From IMG/VR virus record IMGVR_UViG_3300027541_000132: a stretch of DNA of 64,000 bases. The stretch is one strand, 5' to 3'. Source of the stretch: a virus. Each line of letters begins with the position of its first letter. Positions within the stretch are counted from its first letter, which is position 1. Of this stretch, positions 39,780-48,827 are shown one piece after another. The translations under genes and the position numbers were made by a program. The notes beneath the pieces are model-generated. The model had not been told where the DNA came from. It saw nothing but the letters and a program-made list of their open reading frames with translations, and searched no databases.

Positions 39780-40272
39780 TACGCACTCCTATAGCCTGTC
39801 GTTTAGCATCTTCTAACGCATTGTGTTTTGCATCCTGCGGCATTTCAGGATCTGCTAGTTCAAACAATGTACGTGTGTCACGCATTTCCCAGAAGTTCCA
39901 AGGATATGCACGACCTAATTTTTCGTAGATATTCTGCAAAATCATTAAGTCAAAAGTAGCACCGTGACTCCAAAAATGACTGCACCCCCATGCTAGTGCA
40001 TGAAACTGATTAATAACTTCATGGATTGGAATACGATCCCTTGGATCAAATGCTTCCTCCATGATGTTAGTATCCTGCTGATTCCACCATTTTAGTGTGT
40101 CGTCGCTTACAGTACAACCTAGAGCATCTTGGCTGTCTATCTCCACACGCAGATAAAGTTCTTTCATGGGTGCATTTGTAAACGGATCAAACCTTACTGC
40201 GCCCAAGGTAAGAATAGTTGCTGTAGTCTTTGTGTCAAGAGTTTCCAAGTCGACCATTAAGTGTTGTGCCAT
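39739..40272 (-). CDS. DEDDh 3'-5' exonuclease (T4 DexA-like / DnaQ family)
   Basis: Exo I 'VDLETLD', Exo II 'HGATFDLMIL' and Exo III 'HNALEDAKRQA' are present. Confidence 0.8.
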   Translation of the reverse strand: MAQHLMVDLETLDTKTTATILTLGAVRFDPFTNAPMKELYLRVEIDSQDALGCTVSDDTLKWWNQQDTNIMEEAFDPRDRIPIHEVINQFHALAWGCSHFWSHGATFDLMILQNIYEKLGRAYPWNFWEMRDTRTLFELADPEMPQDAKHNALEDAKRQAIGVRNAYRKLGFTGYKR

Positions 40273-40275
40273 ATA

Positions 40276-40638
40276 TTATACCAGAATGAAAATGATTAAA
40301 AGATAACCTAGTTGATGAGCCATTTGATCTAGGCCTAAATGATTCCAAAATTCCTTAGTAGTAATATCTCTATTACCCCAATTCATTTTAGCCCAGTCTA
40401 TGTGGTAGTGCATTATAAAATCTAACGCACCCATAGCCAGTGCTACATTAAGATTGGCCACAGTTAGCACGACTACGGTTGTACCAAAGCCGTGTTTTAG
40501 ACTGTGTTTAATGCCACGCCAGTCGAGATAAATTCCTTTATGCTTGACCTCTTCGTCACTTTGATTAACAAAGTCAATGTACCAATGCTTAACCTGAAGT
40601 AAAGCCAATAGAATGAGTGCAATAGTTAGATAGTCCAT
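40276..40638 (-). CDS. Small membrane protein (120 aa)
   Basis: N-terminal hydrophobic helix 'LTIALILLALLQV' and a second at the C-terminus. Confidence 0.5.
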   Translation of the reverse strand: MDYLTIALILLALLQVKHWYIDFVNQSDEEVKHKGIYLDWRGIKHSLKHGFGTTVVVLTVANLNVALAMGALDFIMHYHIDWAKMNWGNRDITTKEFWNHLGLDQMAHQLGYLLIIFILV

Positions 40639-40676
40639 GCTTATGATTATACTATCTTATTAATGTAAAGTCAAGT

Positions 40677-40862
40677 TTACTTCTTGGGTTTATCGTTCGA
40701 TTCGTCCAAATCGTAGTATTCGTTTTTCATTATTGCTTCATCAAACTTTTCTGCATCTGTCTTTTTATTTTTTCGAAAAATGTTATCGTAATTATTACGA
40801 TAGTTGTCAGTGACTCCTTTGGTTTGAATAGAGTCGCCTGTGATGTCGTTTCTTGCTACCAT
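40677..40862 (-). CDS. Hypothetical protein (61 aa)
   Basis: ORF-track entry. Confidence 0.35.
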   Translation of the reverse strand: MVARNDITGDSIQTKGVTDNYRNNYDNIFRKNKKTDAEKFDEAIMKNEYYDLDESNDKPKK

Positions 40863-40898
40863 ACCACACTCCTTAAAAGTATAGTTATCTGGAGAAGG

Positions 40899-41357
40899 TC
40901 AAGTTCTCCAGATTTCCTTAAAGCCTTCGTCTTCGGTTGGCATTTCAAAAGTATCAATCATGCTACGCATAACTGAATCTGGAATGTTCTTGCCTGGACG
41001 ACTGGCTAAACGTCGATCCAATTCTTCCTTTTTAGGAGTTGGAAATACCACAGCAATATGTTCATAGTTAGGCAACATATTGAACTTACGCTTACGGCTC
41101 TTAATCGAAACACTGGTCTGATCCCAGATGATATCTAAATTATTTGCCTTACAAATTTCGACTTGGTTAGCCATCAACTTTACGGCAATAGGCATATATT
41201 CATCAAAAACTTCGTTGTAGGTTTTACCCATTTTTTCAGCGTATTCTTCCACAAACTTATCTGTGCTAACCACAGGAATATCCTTAGCCCAGTCTTGATT
41301 CTTAATCCAAGTGCTCTTACCTGCACCTGGCACTCCGATTAATTGATAACACTTCAT
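40899..41357 (-). CDS. pnk: Polynucleotide 5'-kinase (T4 Pnk kinase-domain-like, P-loop), kinase-only
   Basis: Walker A 'LIGVPGAGKSTW' and C-terminal 'IPDSVMRSMIDTF' parallel the T4 Pnk kinase domain (GCPGSGKSTW ... VPIDVLRSMYKSM). No phosphatase domain is present. Confidence 0.75.
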   Translation of the reverse strand: MKCYQLIGVPGAGKSTWIKNQDWAKDIPVVSTDKFVEEYAEKMGKTYNEVFDEYMPIAVKLMANQVEICKANNLDIIWDQTSVSIKSRKRKFNMLPNYEHIAVVFPTPKKEELDRRLASRPGKNIPDSVMRSMIDTFEMPTEDEGFKEIWRT

Positions 41358-41614
41358 GGTTGAAAGTTGTCCCTTCCTTTTGTATGCTTACTGATTTCGG
41401 CTAAGGTTGCCCTTAGCATTTGAATTTCCATTGCGGCTTCTTCTAACAAGTTAGCAATCTTGTCGGGCTTACCTTCTGTGACTGCTAACCTGCCAGGAAT
41501 CTGCCTACGTATCTCTGCTCGTTTATACAAGCGGAACACTAGGCTTTGCTCTGCTACAGGCAAATGACTTTCATCTTCACATCTCATACTGTCTCCATAT
41601 AGTTGCGTACCCAA
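41354..41614 (-). CDS. Hypothetical protein (86 aa)
   Basis: ORF-track entry. Confidence 0.4.
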   Translation of the reverse strand: MGTQLYGDSMRCEDESHLPVAEQSLVFRLYKRAEIRRQIPGRLAVTEGKPDKIANLLEEAAMEIQMLRATLAEISKHTKGRDNFQP

Positions 41615-42468
41615 GATAAACGAGCTTGCTCGTCCATAGCAGTATACTCCTCAATGTTAGCACGGATAGCATCCACTAGTGGATAGTATTCTTCGTCTAA
41701 ATTGTGCTTGATGTCTTTGTTCAAGTCTACTAACTTGTCTGTGCGTGGATTGCGAGCAACCCACTTTGAAGTCAAGTAGTAAGGTGACTTGATCTTAGAA
41801 CCAACGCCGTCCTTAGTATAGAATACAAAACCTTCGTGCTTAACAGTCTTTACTAGAGCCTTTAACTCGCCTACTGTAGTAGTAAAGATATCCACAGGGA
41901 GGCATCCAAGATGCTTGCCCAAAGGTTCTAGCGTAAACTTTTCGTAGTATAACTTACCGTTCCAGTCTTTGTGACGGAATCCGATAAAGTACAGTCCAGG
42001 TTCTTCAGGTATGATGTGTGGGTCAGTTGGATGAACGCACTCAAACATAAAAGTAAAATCTGGGGCACATCTTAGTACATCACGGAAGTTATCAGTGATA
42101 TATTCCTTTGCCATATCGACAAACTCGCCTGAAGTAGAACCTGTTGTTGAAACTAGGATATCTCCATTGTGCCAAGTCATAGCAACCATAAAGCCGTTAA
42201 CTTTACGAAGTGCTGTGATCTCAGTATCGTCGGATAGCACTGGTGCTTCCTTTTCAATACCATAGTTATAGATCTTTGTGAATGGTCGTTGTACTACATT
42301 AAACTCAGAGTCTACAATAGTACCTCGACATTCGGCGATGTATTCGTTCCACAAGTTATCGTAGAACACTTTCTTCTTGTACTTTAGCACATAGATACCA
42401 TCGCCACATTCTTTCATGTTGACTAGGTTACTAGTGTTTACATACTCCTTCAATTCATCTTTAAACAT
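41584..42468 (-). CDS. rnlA: RNA ligase 1 (T4 RnlA-like)
   Basis: 'IAECRGTIVDSEFNVVQRPFTKIYNYGIE' parallels T4 RnlA 'ALECRGIMFEMDGE...SRPMEKFFNLNENP'. The nucleotidyltransferase motif I 'RKVNGFMV' (KxNG) is present. Start taken at Met 'MFKDELKEY'. Confidence 0.75.
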   Translation of the reverse strand: MFKDELKEYVNTSNLVNMKECGDGIYVLKYKKKVFYDNLWNEYIAECRGTIVDSEFNVVQRPFTKIYNYGIEKEAPVLSDDTEITALRKVNGFMVAMTWHNGDILVSTTGSTSGEFVDMAKEYITDNFRDVLRCAPDFTFMFECVHPTDPHIIPEEPGLYFIGFRHKDWNGKLYYEKFTLEPLGKHLGCLPVDIFTTTVGELKALVKTVKHEGFVFYTKDGVGSKIKSPYYLTSKWVARNPRTDKLVDLNKDIKHNLDEEYYPLVDAIRANIEEYTAMDEQARLSWVRNYMETV

Positions 42469-43009
42469 GATGACCCTTAATTTCGTTGTTTTTAATTCTG
42501 CCAATCGCATATTCCATTGACACAACAATCTCACCGGTTGAATCCATACCTACATCGAATGCACGATACTTTTCTAATCCACTAACACCTCCGTGTAAGT
42601 GACCATGAAAATGTAATGCTCCTCTGTGCATTTGATCCCACTCAGCAATCGGATAGTGAAACATGACAATCTTGTGACCATCATATGTAATATCCAAATA
42701 CTCGTGTACTTCTGCAAACGCACCACGGAACGTTTCGTCCATCAATGTCTTACGGTCATGATTTCCTCTAATTAAAATCTTTGTGCCATTCAAACGCTTT
42801 ACCATTCTACCAGCATCACTACCTGACATGAACGCTACATCGCCTAAGATGTAGACTGTGTCTTCAGGTTTGACTTTATGGTTCCATTCTTCGGCCATGG
42901 CGTTGTTCATATATGCAACGTCGTCTTTAAATCGTGCTCTCGTCACTGGACAGAACTTCATGATGTTCTTATGTCCAAAGTGTAAGTCGCTTGTAATCCA
43001 TGTTTTCAT
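42461..43009 (-). CDS. Calcineurin-like metallophosphoesterase (lambda-PPase / Pnkp-phosphoesterase-like)
   Basis: 'ITSDLHFGH', 'GDVAF', 'GNHD' and 'FHGHLHGG' motifs are present. Start taken at ATG 43007-43009 because the upstream part of the track ORF is unlikely to be coding. Confidence 0.75.
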   Translation of the reverse strand: MKTWITSDLHFGHKNIMKFCPVTRARFKDDVAYMNNAMAEEWNHKVKPEDTVYILGDVAFMSGSDAGRMVKRLNGTKILIRGNHDRKTLMDETFRGAFAEVHEYLDITYDGHKIVMFHYPIAEWDQMHRGALHFHGHLHGGVSGLEKYRAFDVGMDSTGEIVVSMEYAIGRIKNNEIKGHHV

Positions 43010-43042
43010 TTTTTCGCTCTTCTTTCTTGTTATATTATACAG

Positions 43043-43068
43043 CCAAAAGAACGCCCTGTCAACTCTCG
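43043..43068 (-). terminator. Rho-independent terminator
   Basis: GCCCTGTC-(10 nt)-GACAGGGC hairpin followed by a T-rich tract on the minus strand, downstream of the phosphatase gene stop at 43090. Confidence 0.6.
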
Positions 43069-43089
43069 AAGACAGGGCAAATGTTGTTT

Positions 43090-43557
43090 TTATACAACGG
43101 GCTTGTATGTGCGCCAATCGTCGATGTTGGGCTTTTCGTCCGCATCGTAGGTCCAACCCAAGGCTCGCATCATTCTGTGCTTAACGAGCAGATTAGGGCT
43201 TCTAAACCGCCCTGTATCCTGAAAGCCCAGCATTACGCCTACTTCGCATACAGCACCGCTACGACAAATTCCAGCAAAACAATGAACAACAACGTTCATT
43301 TTGTTATCCAAAGCGTGTTGTAAAAGAGCCACAAGTTGATTGGCTTGTTCTTGACTACACTTCATTGCTTCGTCGTCTACGTGGTCGTTTTCCTCCACGT
43401 CCAAAAATTCAAAGTTATGAATTTCCTTGAACTTATGGGCAGGAGTAGGACGCCAGCTCGCCGGGTCAACGATACTAATCAGCATACTATTTTCGCCTGC
43501 TTCGTGATGAAATCTTTTTGGGATATCATCGGCGGCTACATTTTCAATCCAAGGCAT
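43090..43557 (-). CDS. Dual-specificity / protein-tyrosine phosphatase
   Basis: 'VVHCFAGICRSGAV' matches the CX5R P-loop signature (HCxAGxxRSG). Confidence 0.8.
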   Translation of the reverse strand: MPWIENVAADDIPKRFHHEAGENSMLISIVDPASWRPTPAHKFKEIHNFEFLDVEENDHVDDEAMKCSQEQANQLVALLQHALDNKMNVVVHCFAGICRSGAVCEVGVMLGFQDTGRFRSPNLLVKHRMMRALGWTYDADEKPNIDDWRTYKPVV

Positions 43558-43566
43558 AATGCCTCC

Positions 43567-43935
43567 TTATTTTTTCATTGCTTCCATCATTCCGAAAAGT
43601 TCAGCCCATTGTTCACTAGGCTTTTGACCTTCGTTAAGATTCATAATAGCAAGAAAATCCTTGTAGTTTTCTGGAACCTTGAAATAGATGTTAGCATAAG
43701 TGCAGTCAAATGAGTCGTCCTCATCATGACTGTACCAAGGATGTTCTGACATTTCATCAAAAACATCTTCGTAGTCTTCACGGTTACCACCACCATTACG
43801 TGTATGAACAACAATGTAACCTTCATCCATATAGACATTACGGAAACGACCAAAGTCGCTTGCAGTTTTGCCTAGAATTTCAAGTAACTTTCCGCTATCG
43901 GGATTCATGCCAAATATCATGTTGTACATTGACAT
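43567..43935 (-). CDS. Hypothetical protein (122 aa)
   Basis: ORF-track entry. Confidence 0.45.
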   Translation of the reverse strand: MSMYNMIFGMNPDSGKLLEILGKTASDFGRFRNVYMDEGYIVVHTRNGGGNREDYEDVFDEMSEHPWYSHDEDDSFDCTYANIYFKVPENYKDFLAIMNLNEGQKPSEQWAELFGMMEAMKK

Positions 43936-43937
43936 AA

Positions 43938-44309
43938 TTACTCCTTTACAAAATCAACTCTTTCACTGTAATAGCCATTCGATTGACCTAGCCAACGAAT
44001 GTCCACATAACCCTTGCGAGTTGCAAACTTGTAGAAAGTCCATGTGTAAGACTCGTATGCTTCGAAGTCGGCTGGGCTTTCGCCATCAACTTCTTCTGCT
44101 ATTAGAATCTCTGAACCTACTAAGTCCTGCAAATCGCCGACTATGCTTTCTATGCTTACGCTTTCGCAACAGTCTTGCTCGTGATACATACGATAGCGTT
44201 CGCCATCTGTGGTTTCAAAAACGATCTCGTCGCCACTCTCGTTGATGTTGGACAAAGTCTTGCCCTTCAACACATCAACGTTACAATATTCTCTGTCCCA
44301 ATATCCCAT
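43938..44309 (-). CDS. Hypothetical protein (123 aa)
   Basis: ORF-track entry. Confidence 0.45.
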   Translation of the reverse strand: MGYWDREYCNVDVLKGKTLSNINESGDEIVFETTDGERYRMYHEQDCCESVSIESIVGDLQDLVGSEILIAEEVDGESPADFEAYESYTWTFYKFATRKGYVDIRWLGQSNGYYSERVDFVKE

Positions 44310-44318
44310 GATATCTCC

Positions 44319-44537
44319 TTACTGCTTTCGCCGTTTCATCCAGGTGTAATCTACACCGTCTGGACACTTTCCATCTACAATGCTGTCAGCACCAAACATG
44401 CCAACAATTTCGTATTCGCTACTTTTGATAGTTACAAATACTGCCAATGTTTTTGCCCAATCCATTGCTGGGCCAAGATTATCAAAATCTCGTTCGTAAA
44501 CATTCTTGTTTACATCTTTCCATATTACTTTATACAT
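44319..44537 (-). CDS. Hypothetical protein (72 aa)
   Basis: ORF-track entry. Confidence 0.4.
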   Translation of the reverse strand: MYKVIWKDVNKNVYERDFDNLGPAMDWAKTLAVFVTIKSSEYEIVGMFGADSIVDGKCPDGVDYTWMKRRKQ

Positions 44538-44578
44538 TCAATTATTATATCTTCACTTCAATATTTTGTCAATTGGTC

Positions 44579-44653
44579 CCGCTACTACGAATCGAACGTA
44601 GACTTACTCTTTAGGAGAGAGTCGTTCTATCCATTGAACTATAGCGAGGGAGG
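44579..44653 (-). tRNA. tRNA-Arg (anticodon CCT)
   Basis: Minus-strand cloverleaf with encoded CCA, T-arm CTACG/AATCGAA/CGTAG (plus view) and anticodon loop CTCCTAA. Confidence 0.75.
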
Positions 44654-44658
44654 GAATT

Positions 44659-44767
44659 TGGTGTGACCGGGAGGGTTCGAACCTCCAAGGACGGCATATC
44701 GCCTAGTCCCGACCCACGGAGTGTTTCACAACAGTCCTGGAGCTCTGCCTATTCGCTCACGGTCACA
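44659..44767 (-). tRNA. Atypical long tRNA-like element (109 nt), anticodon undetermined
   Basis: Encoded CCA, 7-bp acceptor (GTGACCG/CGGTCAC) and canonical T-arm, but about 35 extra nt with no standard anticodon arm. An AGGAC...GTCCT stem encloses a 41-nt insert. Confidence 0.35.
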
Positions 44768-44797
44768 TACTAAGTATATAACCTTTTCAGCAGTTTG

Positions 44798-45253
44798 TCA
44801 ACGGGTTATGAGGTATTCGTAGTTCACTGTGTTGTCGTTTTCTTGCAACACACAGGCACCATTTCTGATATGGAACTTGTAGGCCATTTCAGTTTTTGGG
44901 CTAAGTGTTACAAAACGATTAACAGTTGGGAAAAGTTCTTTTATTTGATCCACTACACCAAAAAGTAGCTCTGCGGCCGCACCCGGCGCATAACTCCAAA
45001 TTGTATAGAAGATTGCTGTAGTTGGTTCTGTGGGTGTTTTAGCCAAATCTTCAACAGTTGTTGGCACAAAATCGTGCAGACTAACACAGACCATTGCACG
45101 TGGTTTTTCGCCTTCTACAGTGGTGGCGACAAATCTGCTACCGCTAACACGAAATTCTTTGGGAATTTCTGGACGTACTGGATCATCCTTGATATAGTCA
45201 AGTAATGGATTAGTAGTTTCTCTGATTAATGTTAGCATATAACTATTTAGCAT
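44798..45253 (-). CDS. Hypothetical protein (151 aa)
   Basis: ORF-track entry embedded in the tRNA region. Confidence 0.5.
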   Translation of the reverse strand: MLNSYMLTLIRETTNPLLDYIKDDPVRPEIPKEFRVSGSRFVATTVEGEKPRAMVCVSLHDFVPTTVEDLAKTPTEPTTAIFYTIWSYAPGAAAELLFGVVDQIKELFPTVNRFVTLSPKTEMAYKFHIRNGACVLQENDNTVNYEYLITR

Positions 45254-45276
45254 TTAGTGGGCAGATTATGGTGTTA

Positions 45277-45351
45277 TGGTGGTAACGGTGAGATTCGAAC
45301 TCACACCTTGCTCCGTATGAAGGAGGTGCACGACCATTATGCTACGTTACC
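45277..45351 (-). tRNA. tRNA-Met (anticodon CAT)
   Basis: CCA encoded, T-arm GTGAG/ATTCGAA/CTCAC, anticodon loop TTCATAC. Confidence 0.75.
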
Positions 45352-45890
45352 AGATTATTAGTAAGATGTCCCGAGAGTTTTGGTTTGGGTAAGGCCATCC
45401 GACGGTGCGATTCGTCCCTCTCTTTGTCTAGCCCAACATGAAGTTCTTGTAGTCTCAATCCGCTCACCTTGCACCGGCGCTTGATACATATACTCTACAG
45501 CATTAAAGTTTATAACTTCAATTAACAAAAACTTCCGATCTTTGTTAACTCCTTGCGGATGCTTTTAGAACCTTAACTACTTACTAATAAAAGGGGTGGA
45601 GAGAGAAAGGCAAGTAATAGACTGGACAATGTACAAGCGGGCTCTATAAAGATACCCTTAACAAGTCACAAGGCGCAAAGCACAGGGACCTGTATATTTC
45701 CAGTTAGCAACTCACAAAGTCGATTAATATATAGAACTGGTTCACACAAGCACGAAACGTTTTCAAGACGTTTTGCCAGTAGTTGATGTTCGGTCTCTAT
45801 AAGAGATCAAACCTTAGGCATGTAGCCTAAGTCTGTCTATCCTAATCTCCTTCTCTACTCCAGGCTCGGGCTTTCGCCTTTGCCAAAACT

Positions 45891-45964
45891 TGGTTGCGGG
45901 ACCTGGAATCGAACCAGGATCTAGAGCTTATGAGACTCTTGAGTTACCGTTTCTCTATCCCGCG
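45891..45964 (-). tRNA. tRNA with CAT anticodon (Met or Ile2) with C1·A72 mismatch
   Basis: CCA encoded, T-arm CCTGG/AATCGAA/CCAGG, anticodon loop CTCATAA. The acceptor stem has a terminal C·A mismatch. Confidence 0.6.
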
Positions 45965-45977
45965 ATAACTTTATAGG

Positions 45978-46093
45978 TGCTCTCTGTTCGACTCGAACGA
46001 AACCTGCTGAGCTCCTTATCTTCCTGGCACTTTCGGTGGGTAGTCGACTTAGCACCTAACTCGTGTTATCCAGTGTAGTTCAGCTCAGAGAGC
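45978..46093 (-). ncRNA. Long tRNA-like element (116 nt) with canonical T-arm and 7-bp acceptor pairing
   Basis: GCTCTCT...AGAGAGC acceptor complementarity spans 116 nt. The T-arm GTTCG/TTCGAGT/CGAAC is perfect. No CCA is encoded. The internal region was not foldable by eye. Confidence 0.3.
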
Positions 46094-46301
46094 ATTTATA
46101 AAGTGTCTAGCCACTCCCACCACAGGAGCCCTAAACCGAGCTGTTACTCTGTCCACTAGCCTTTCCATTTAGACGGTGCTGAGGTCCGCCTTTGTGATTT
46201 CTCAAGTCGCTTTAAACAAGCCTTGCGGTAGATCCAATGCACCGAGCCATTAAGGTGTAGCAATTACCTAACTCTATCACGCTGAGTTAACGCGGGGTCT
46301 G

Positions 46302-46874
46302 TTACAGTAAACCTTCTGCTTGCAGAACTGCTTCTGTTTTGTCAGACAATTGGATAGTTGTCTGAACATTTAACTCTAGGATTTCATCCTGAAGTTTTTG
46401 TTTCTGCTTTTTAGCAGTTGCCACTCTACGACGGAATCCGTCTAGATCTTCACGAGTGAGCACACTAGTGTCTACTGTGTCGTTGTAGCCATAGATGCTA
46501 CGACGGTTTTCGCTTTTGTCGTTACGGATCTTGTCCAAACGACCTGCTACAACCTTTGCGCTTTCGCGAACGGTCTTACTAGCCAATCCGTTGTAGAATT
46601 GGATTTGTTTTTCTAGATGTGCAACATCGGCCAATCTAGTGTCGATTCTAACTTCTGTGTTAGCACCGCTGACACTTTTACGAATCTCGTAAAGTGCTTC
46701 CACTAACGCATCTCTGCGTGTAAGGTTGTCGCAGAGTGTTCCTGCAACTTTGGAAATTTCTTGTTCCGCTTCTTGGAACTCGTTGATTTTTACTGTGGTC
46801 TCAAACTGGAAACCTTTGACGGTATCGTTGATACTGTTCTGAAGTGCATTTGCCTTACGTAGGGAGATATTCAT
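46302..46874 (-). CDS. Coiled-coil hypothetical protein (190 aa) within the tRNA array
   Basis: The track ORF's N-terminus runs through tRNA-Gly, so the start was trimmed to Met 'MNISLRKANALQ' (ATG 46872-46874). Confidence 0.5.
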   Translation of the reverse strand: MNISLRKANALQNSINDTVKGFQFETTVKINEFQEAEQEISKVAGTLCDNLTRRDALVEALYEIRKSVSGANTEVRIDTRLADVAHLEKQIQFYNGLASKTVRESAKVVAGRLDKIRNDKSENRRSIYGYNDTVDTSVLTREDLDGFRRRVATAKKQKQKLQDEILELNVQTTIQLSDKTEAVLQAEGLL

Positions 46875-46940
46875 TTGTTTTTCCTTTAATGTTTCTATTA
46901 TACAATCTTTTAAATCTAAATCAATGCCTTTTGGCAAAAC

Positions 46941-47016
46941 TGGAGCGGGAGACGAGGTTCGAACTCGCGACATTTACCTTGGCAAGGTAATGCTCTACCA
47001 ACTGAGCTACTCCCGC
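46941..47016 (-). tRNA. tRNA-Gly (GCC)
   Basis: CCA encoded, acceptor GCGGGAG/CTCCCGC, anticodon loop TTGCCAA. Confidence 0.8.
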
Positions 47017-47064
47017 ATATGAAGAACCTAAGGCAAAGTTTATAACTTATCCAAAGGCCATATA

Positions 47065-47140
47065 TGGTACACGGTACGGGAATCGAACCCGTCTTACTGA
47101 CGTGAAAGGCCAGTGTCCTAAACCGATAGACGAACCGTGC
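47065..47140 (-). tRNA. tRNA-Glu (TTC)
   Basis: CCA encoded, T-arm ACGGG/AATCGAA/CCCGT, anticodon loop CTTTCAC. Confidence 0.7.
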
Positions 47141-47146
47141 ATTACT

Positions 47147-47222
47147 TGGCTCCCCAGGGTGGGATCGAACCACCGACACCCTGATTAACAGTCAGGTGCT
47201 ACTACCGCTGAGCTACTAGGGA
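47147..47222 (-). tRNA. tRNA-Asn (GTT)
   Basis: CCA encoded, anticodon stem CCTGA/TCAGG, loop CTGTTAA. Confidence 0.8.
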
Positions 47223-47229
47223 ATAAACT

Positions 47230-47304
47230 TGGTACCTGGTGACAGTTTCGAACTGCCGACCCTCTCGGTGTAAACGAGACGCTCTACCACTGAGCTAACC
47301 AGGC
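47230..47304 (-). tRNA. tRNA-Val (TAC)
   Basis: CCA encoded, anticodon stem TCTCG/CGAGA, loop TTTACAC. Confidence 0.8.
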
Positions 47305-47314
47305 AAACTAACAT

Positions 47315-47391
<77 letters not shown>

Positions 47392-47396
47392 AATGA

Positions 47397-47472
47397 TGGA
47401 GCGGGAGGCGAGAGTTGAACTCGTCTATTTCAGTTTGGAAGACTGACGTGTAACCACAAACACTTCACCCGC
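47397..47472 (-). tRNA. tRNA-Gly (TCC)
   Basis: CCA encoded, anticodon stem TCAGT/ACTGA, loop CTTCCAA. Confidence 0.75.
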
Positions 47473-47478
47473 ATATTT

Positions 47479-47563
47479 TGGTGCCCCAGGAGAGACTCGA
47501 ACTCTCACGGCTCTCGCCACTGGCTTCTAAGACCAGCGTGTCTACCATTCCACCACCAGGGCA
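47479..47563 (-). tRNA. tRNA-Leu (TAG), type II
   Basis: 85 nt with a long variable arm, CCA encoded, anticodon loop CTTAGAA. Confidence 0.8.
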
Positions 47564-48367
47564 TTAACTGACAATACTATTTAAGTATTCCTGAATTGTC
47601 GTTGCAATTTTTTCTTGCACAGACAATTTAATTTTTGCATTCTCACCATTAGCACTCATATACTGTTTTCCGTATTCAGTACAATCTATACCAGTGTGCA
47701 TAAACTCTTTAAAAATTTCTGAGTTGTCAGGATTAGGATCTCCAAACCTAACAGTCGTCCATTTAATATTTTGAGAATCTAAAAACTTAATTAACATATT
47801 GTAACCATTTCTATGTCTACGAATATGCCAATCTTTGCTTTGACTTTTTTGAAAAGCAATACCGTTTAATCGCTTTTTATGAACTTCAATTGGATATCTA
47901 TCTGGATTCCATTCTCCGTCTACATAATTTTCACGTTCAAATACATATCGTTGATTGTTATATTTGAAACTGTGTGCTATATGACTAAACGTGTAATCTG
48001 TAACTAATACATGATCCGGTTTAGGATTCTCTGCTAGGTACTGTTTTAATCTTTTGTGATGACCTATAAAATGTCCACCGTTAATAGATATATTAACTAC
48101 ATTGGAAACATTTAAGAAATTAGGCCATGCGGCTTTTTGTTCTTCTTCCCATAGATAATGCCAAACAACATTTTCCATATTGCCATTGGGCATAGGTGTT
48201 GTAACATTGTTTTCTTTTCTATGTTTTAGATACCATTTAAAAACACTTCTAAAATCATTATGGAAACGTAGACTCCAAGTCCTCGGAGCATCGTCGTTGA
48301 CTATGTCACCAGCCAAACAATTATTGCCATTACTTTGGCAATCTCCTAAAATTAAAAGTGTTTTCAT
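47564..48367 (-). CDS. SGNH/GDSL-hydrolase-like protein (267 aa) inside the tRNA array
   Basis: N-terminal 'LILGDCQSNGNN' resembles the GDS(L) block I. Confidence 0.5.
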   Translation of the reverse strand: MKTLLILGDCQSNGNNCLAGDIVNDDAPRTWSLRFHNDFRSVFKWYLKHRKENNVTTPMPNGNMENVVWHYLWEEEQKAAWPNFLNVSNVVNISINGGHFIGHHKRLKQYLAENPKPDHVLVTDYTFSHIAHSFKYNNQRYVFERENYVDGEWNPDRYPIEVHKKRLNGIAFQKSQSKDWHIRRHRNGYNMLIKFLDSQNIKWTTVRFGDPNPDNSEIFKEFMHTGIDCTEYGKQYMSANGENAKIKLSVQEKIATTIQEYLNSIVS

Positions 48368-48381
48368 ATTAATAGTTATCT

Positions 48382-48458
48382 TGGCGCACCGTAGGGGACT
48401 TGAACCCCTGGCCTCCGACGTGACAGGCCGGCGCTCTGACCAACTGAGCTAACGGTGC
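48382..48458 (-). tRNA. tRNA-Asp (GTC)
   Basis: CCA encoded, T-arm AGGGG/ACTTGAA/CCCCT, anticodon loop CTGTCAC. Confidence 0.8.
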
Positions 48459-48597
48459 AAATTCTATTCTGAAACACACTAACCAACTACCAGAAGCATT
48501 TATAATGCCGTTATTCGGTTCGAGCTAATGTGTTTTAGAATAGTGCTAACGCTGAGATTATACGTTAGCCAATAGTGCCTCTAGCATTATAGTCAGC

Positions 48598-48827
48598 CTT
48601 GCGAGCCAACCTTCTCTAGACATCCACATAAGCCATTACTGTACCTATGTCCACTATCAGCATCGCCGTTTTTAAAGACAGGCAGTAGTCTTGTCGCCAT
48701 ATGCTATTCTACGCTATCTACTCCGTTGACCTTGCGAGCCATTCAGCGGCGCTAACCACTTACGAAACTTCCAGCATAAACAGATTTCACCTTGCGAGCT
48801 ACGTCTGACTCGATTACCTTGCGGCTC
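48598..48827. repeat. Four copies of CCTTGCGrGC motif in an ORF-free island
   Basis: CCTTGCGAGC at 48598, 48731 and 48791, and CCTTGCGGCT at 48818. Related CCTTGCGG is seen at 45551, 46221 and 49213. Confidence 0.6.

Noticed and set aside
46916-47179. 87-aa minus-strand ORF overlapping tRNA-Gly and tRNA-Glu
   Set aside because: It lies entirely within two well-formed tRNA genes and has Cys/Phe-rich low-complexity translation. It is a spurious ORF.
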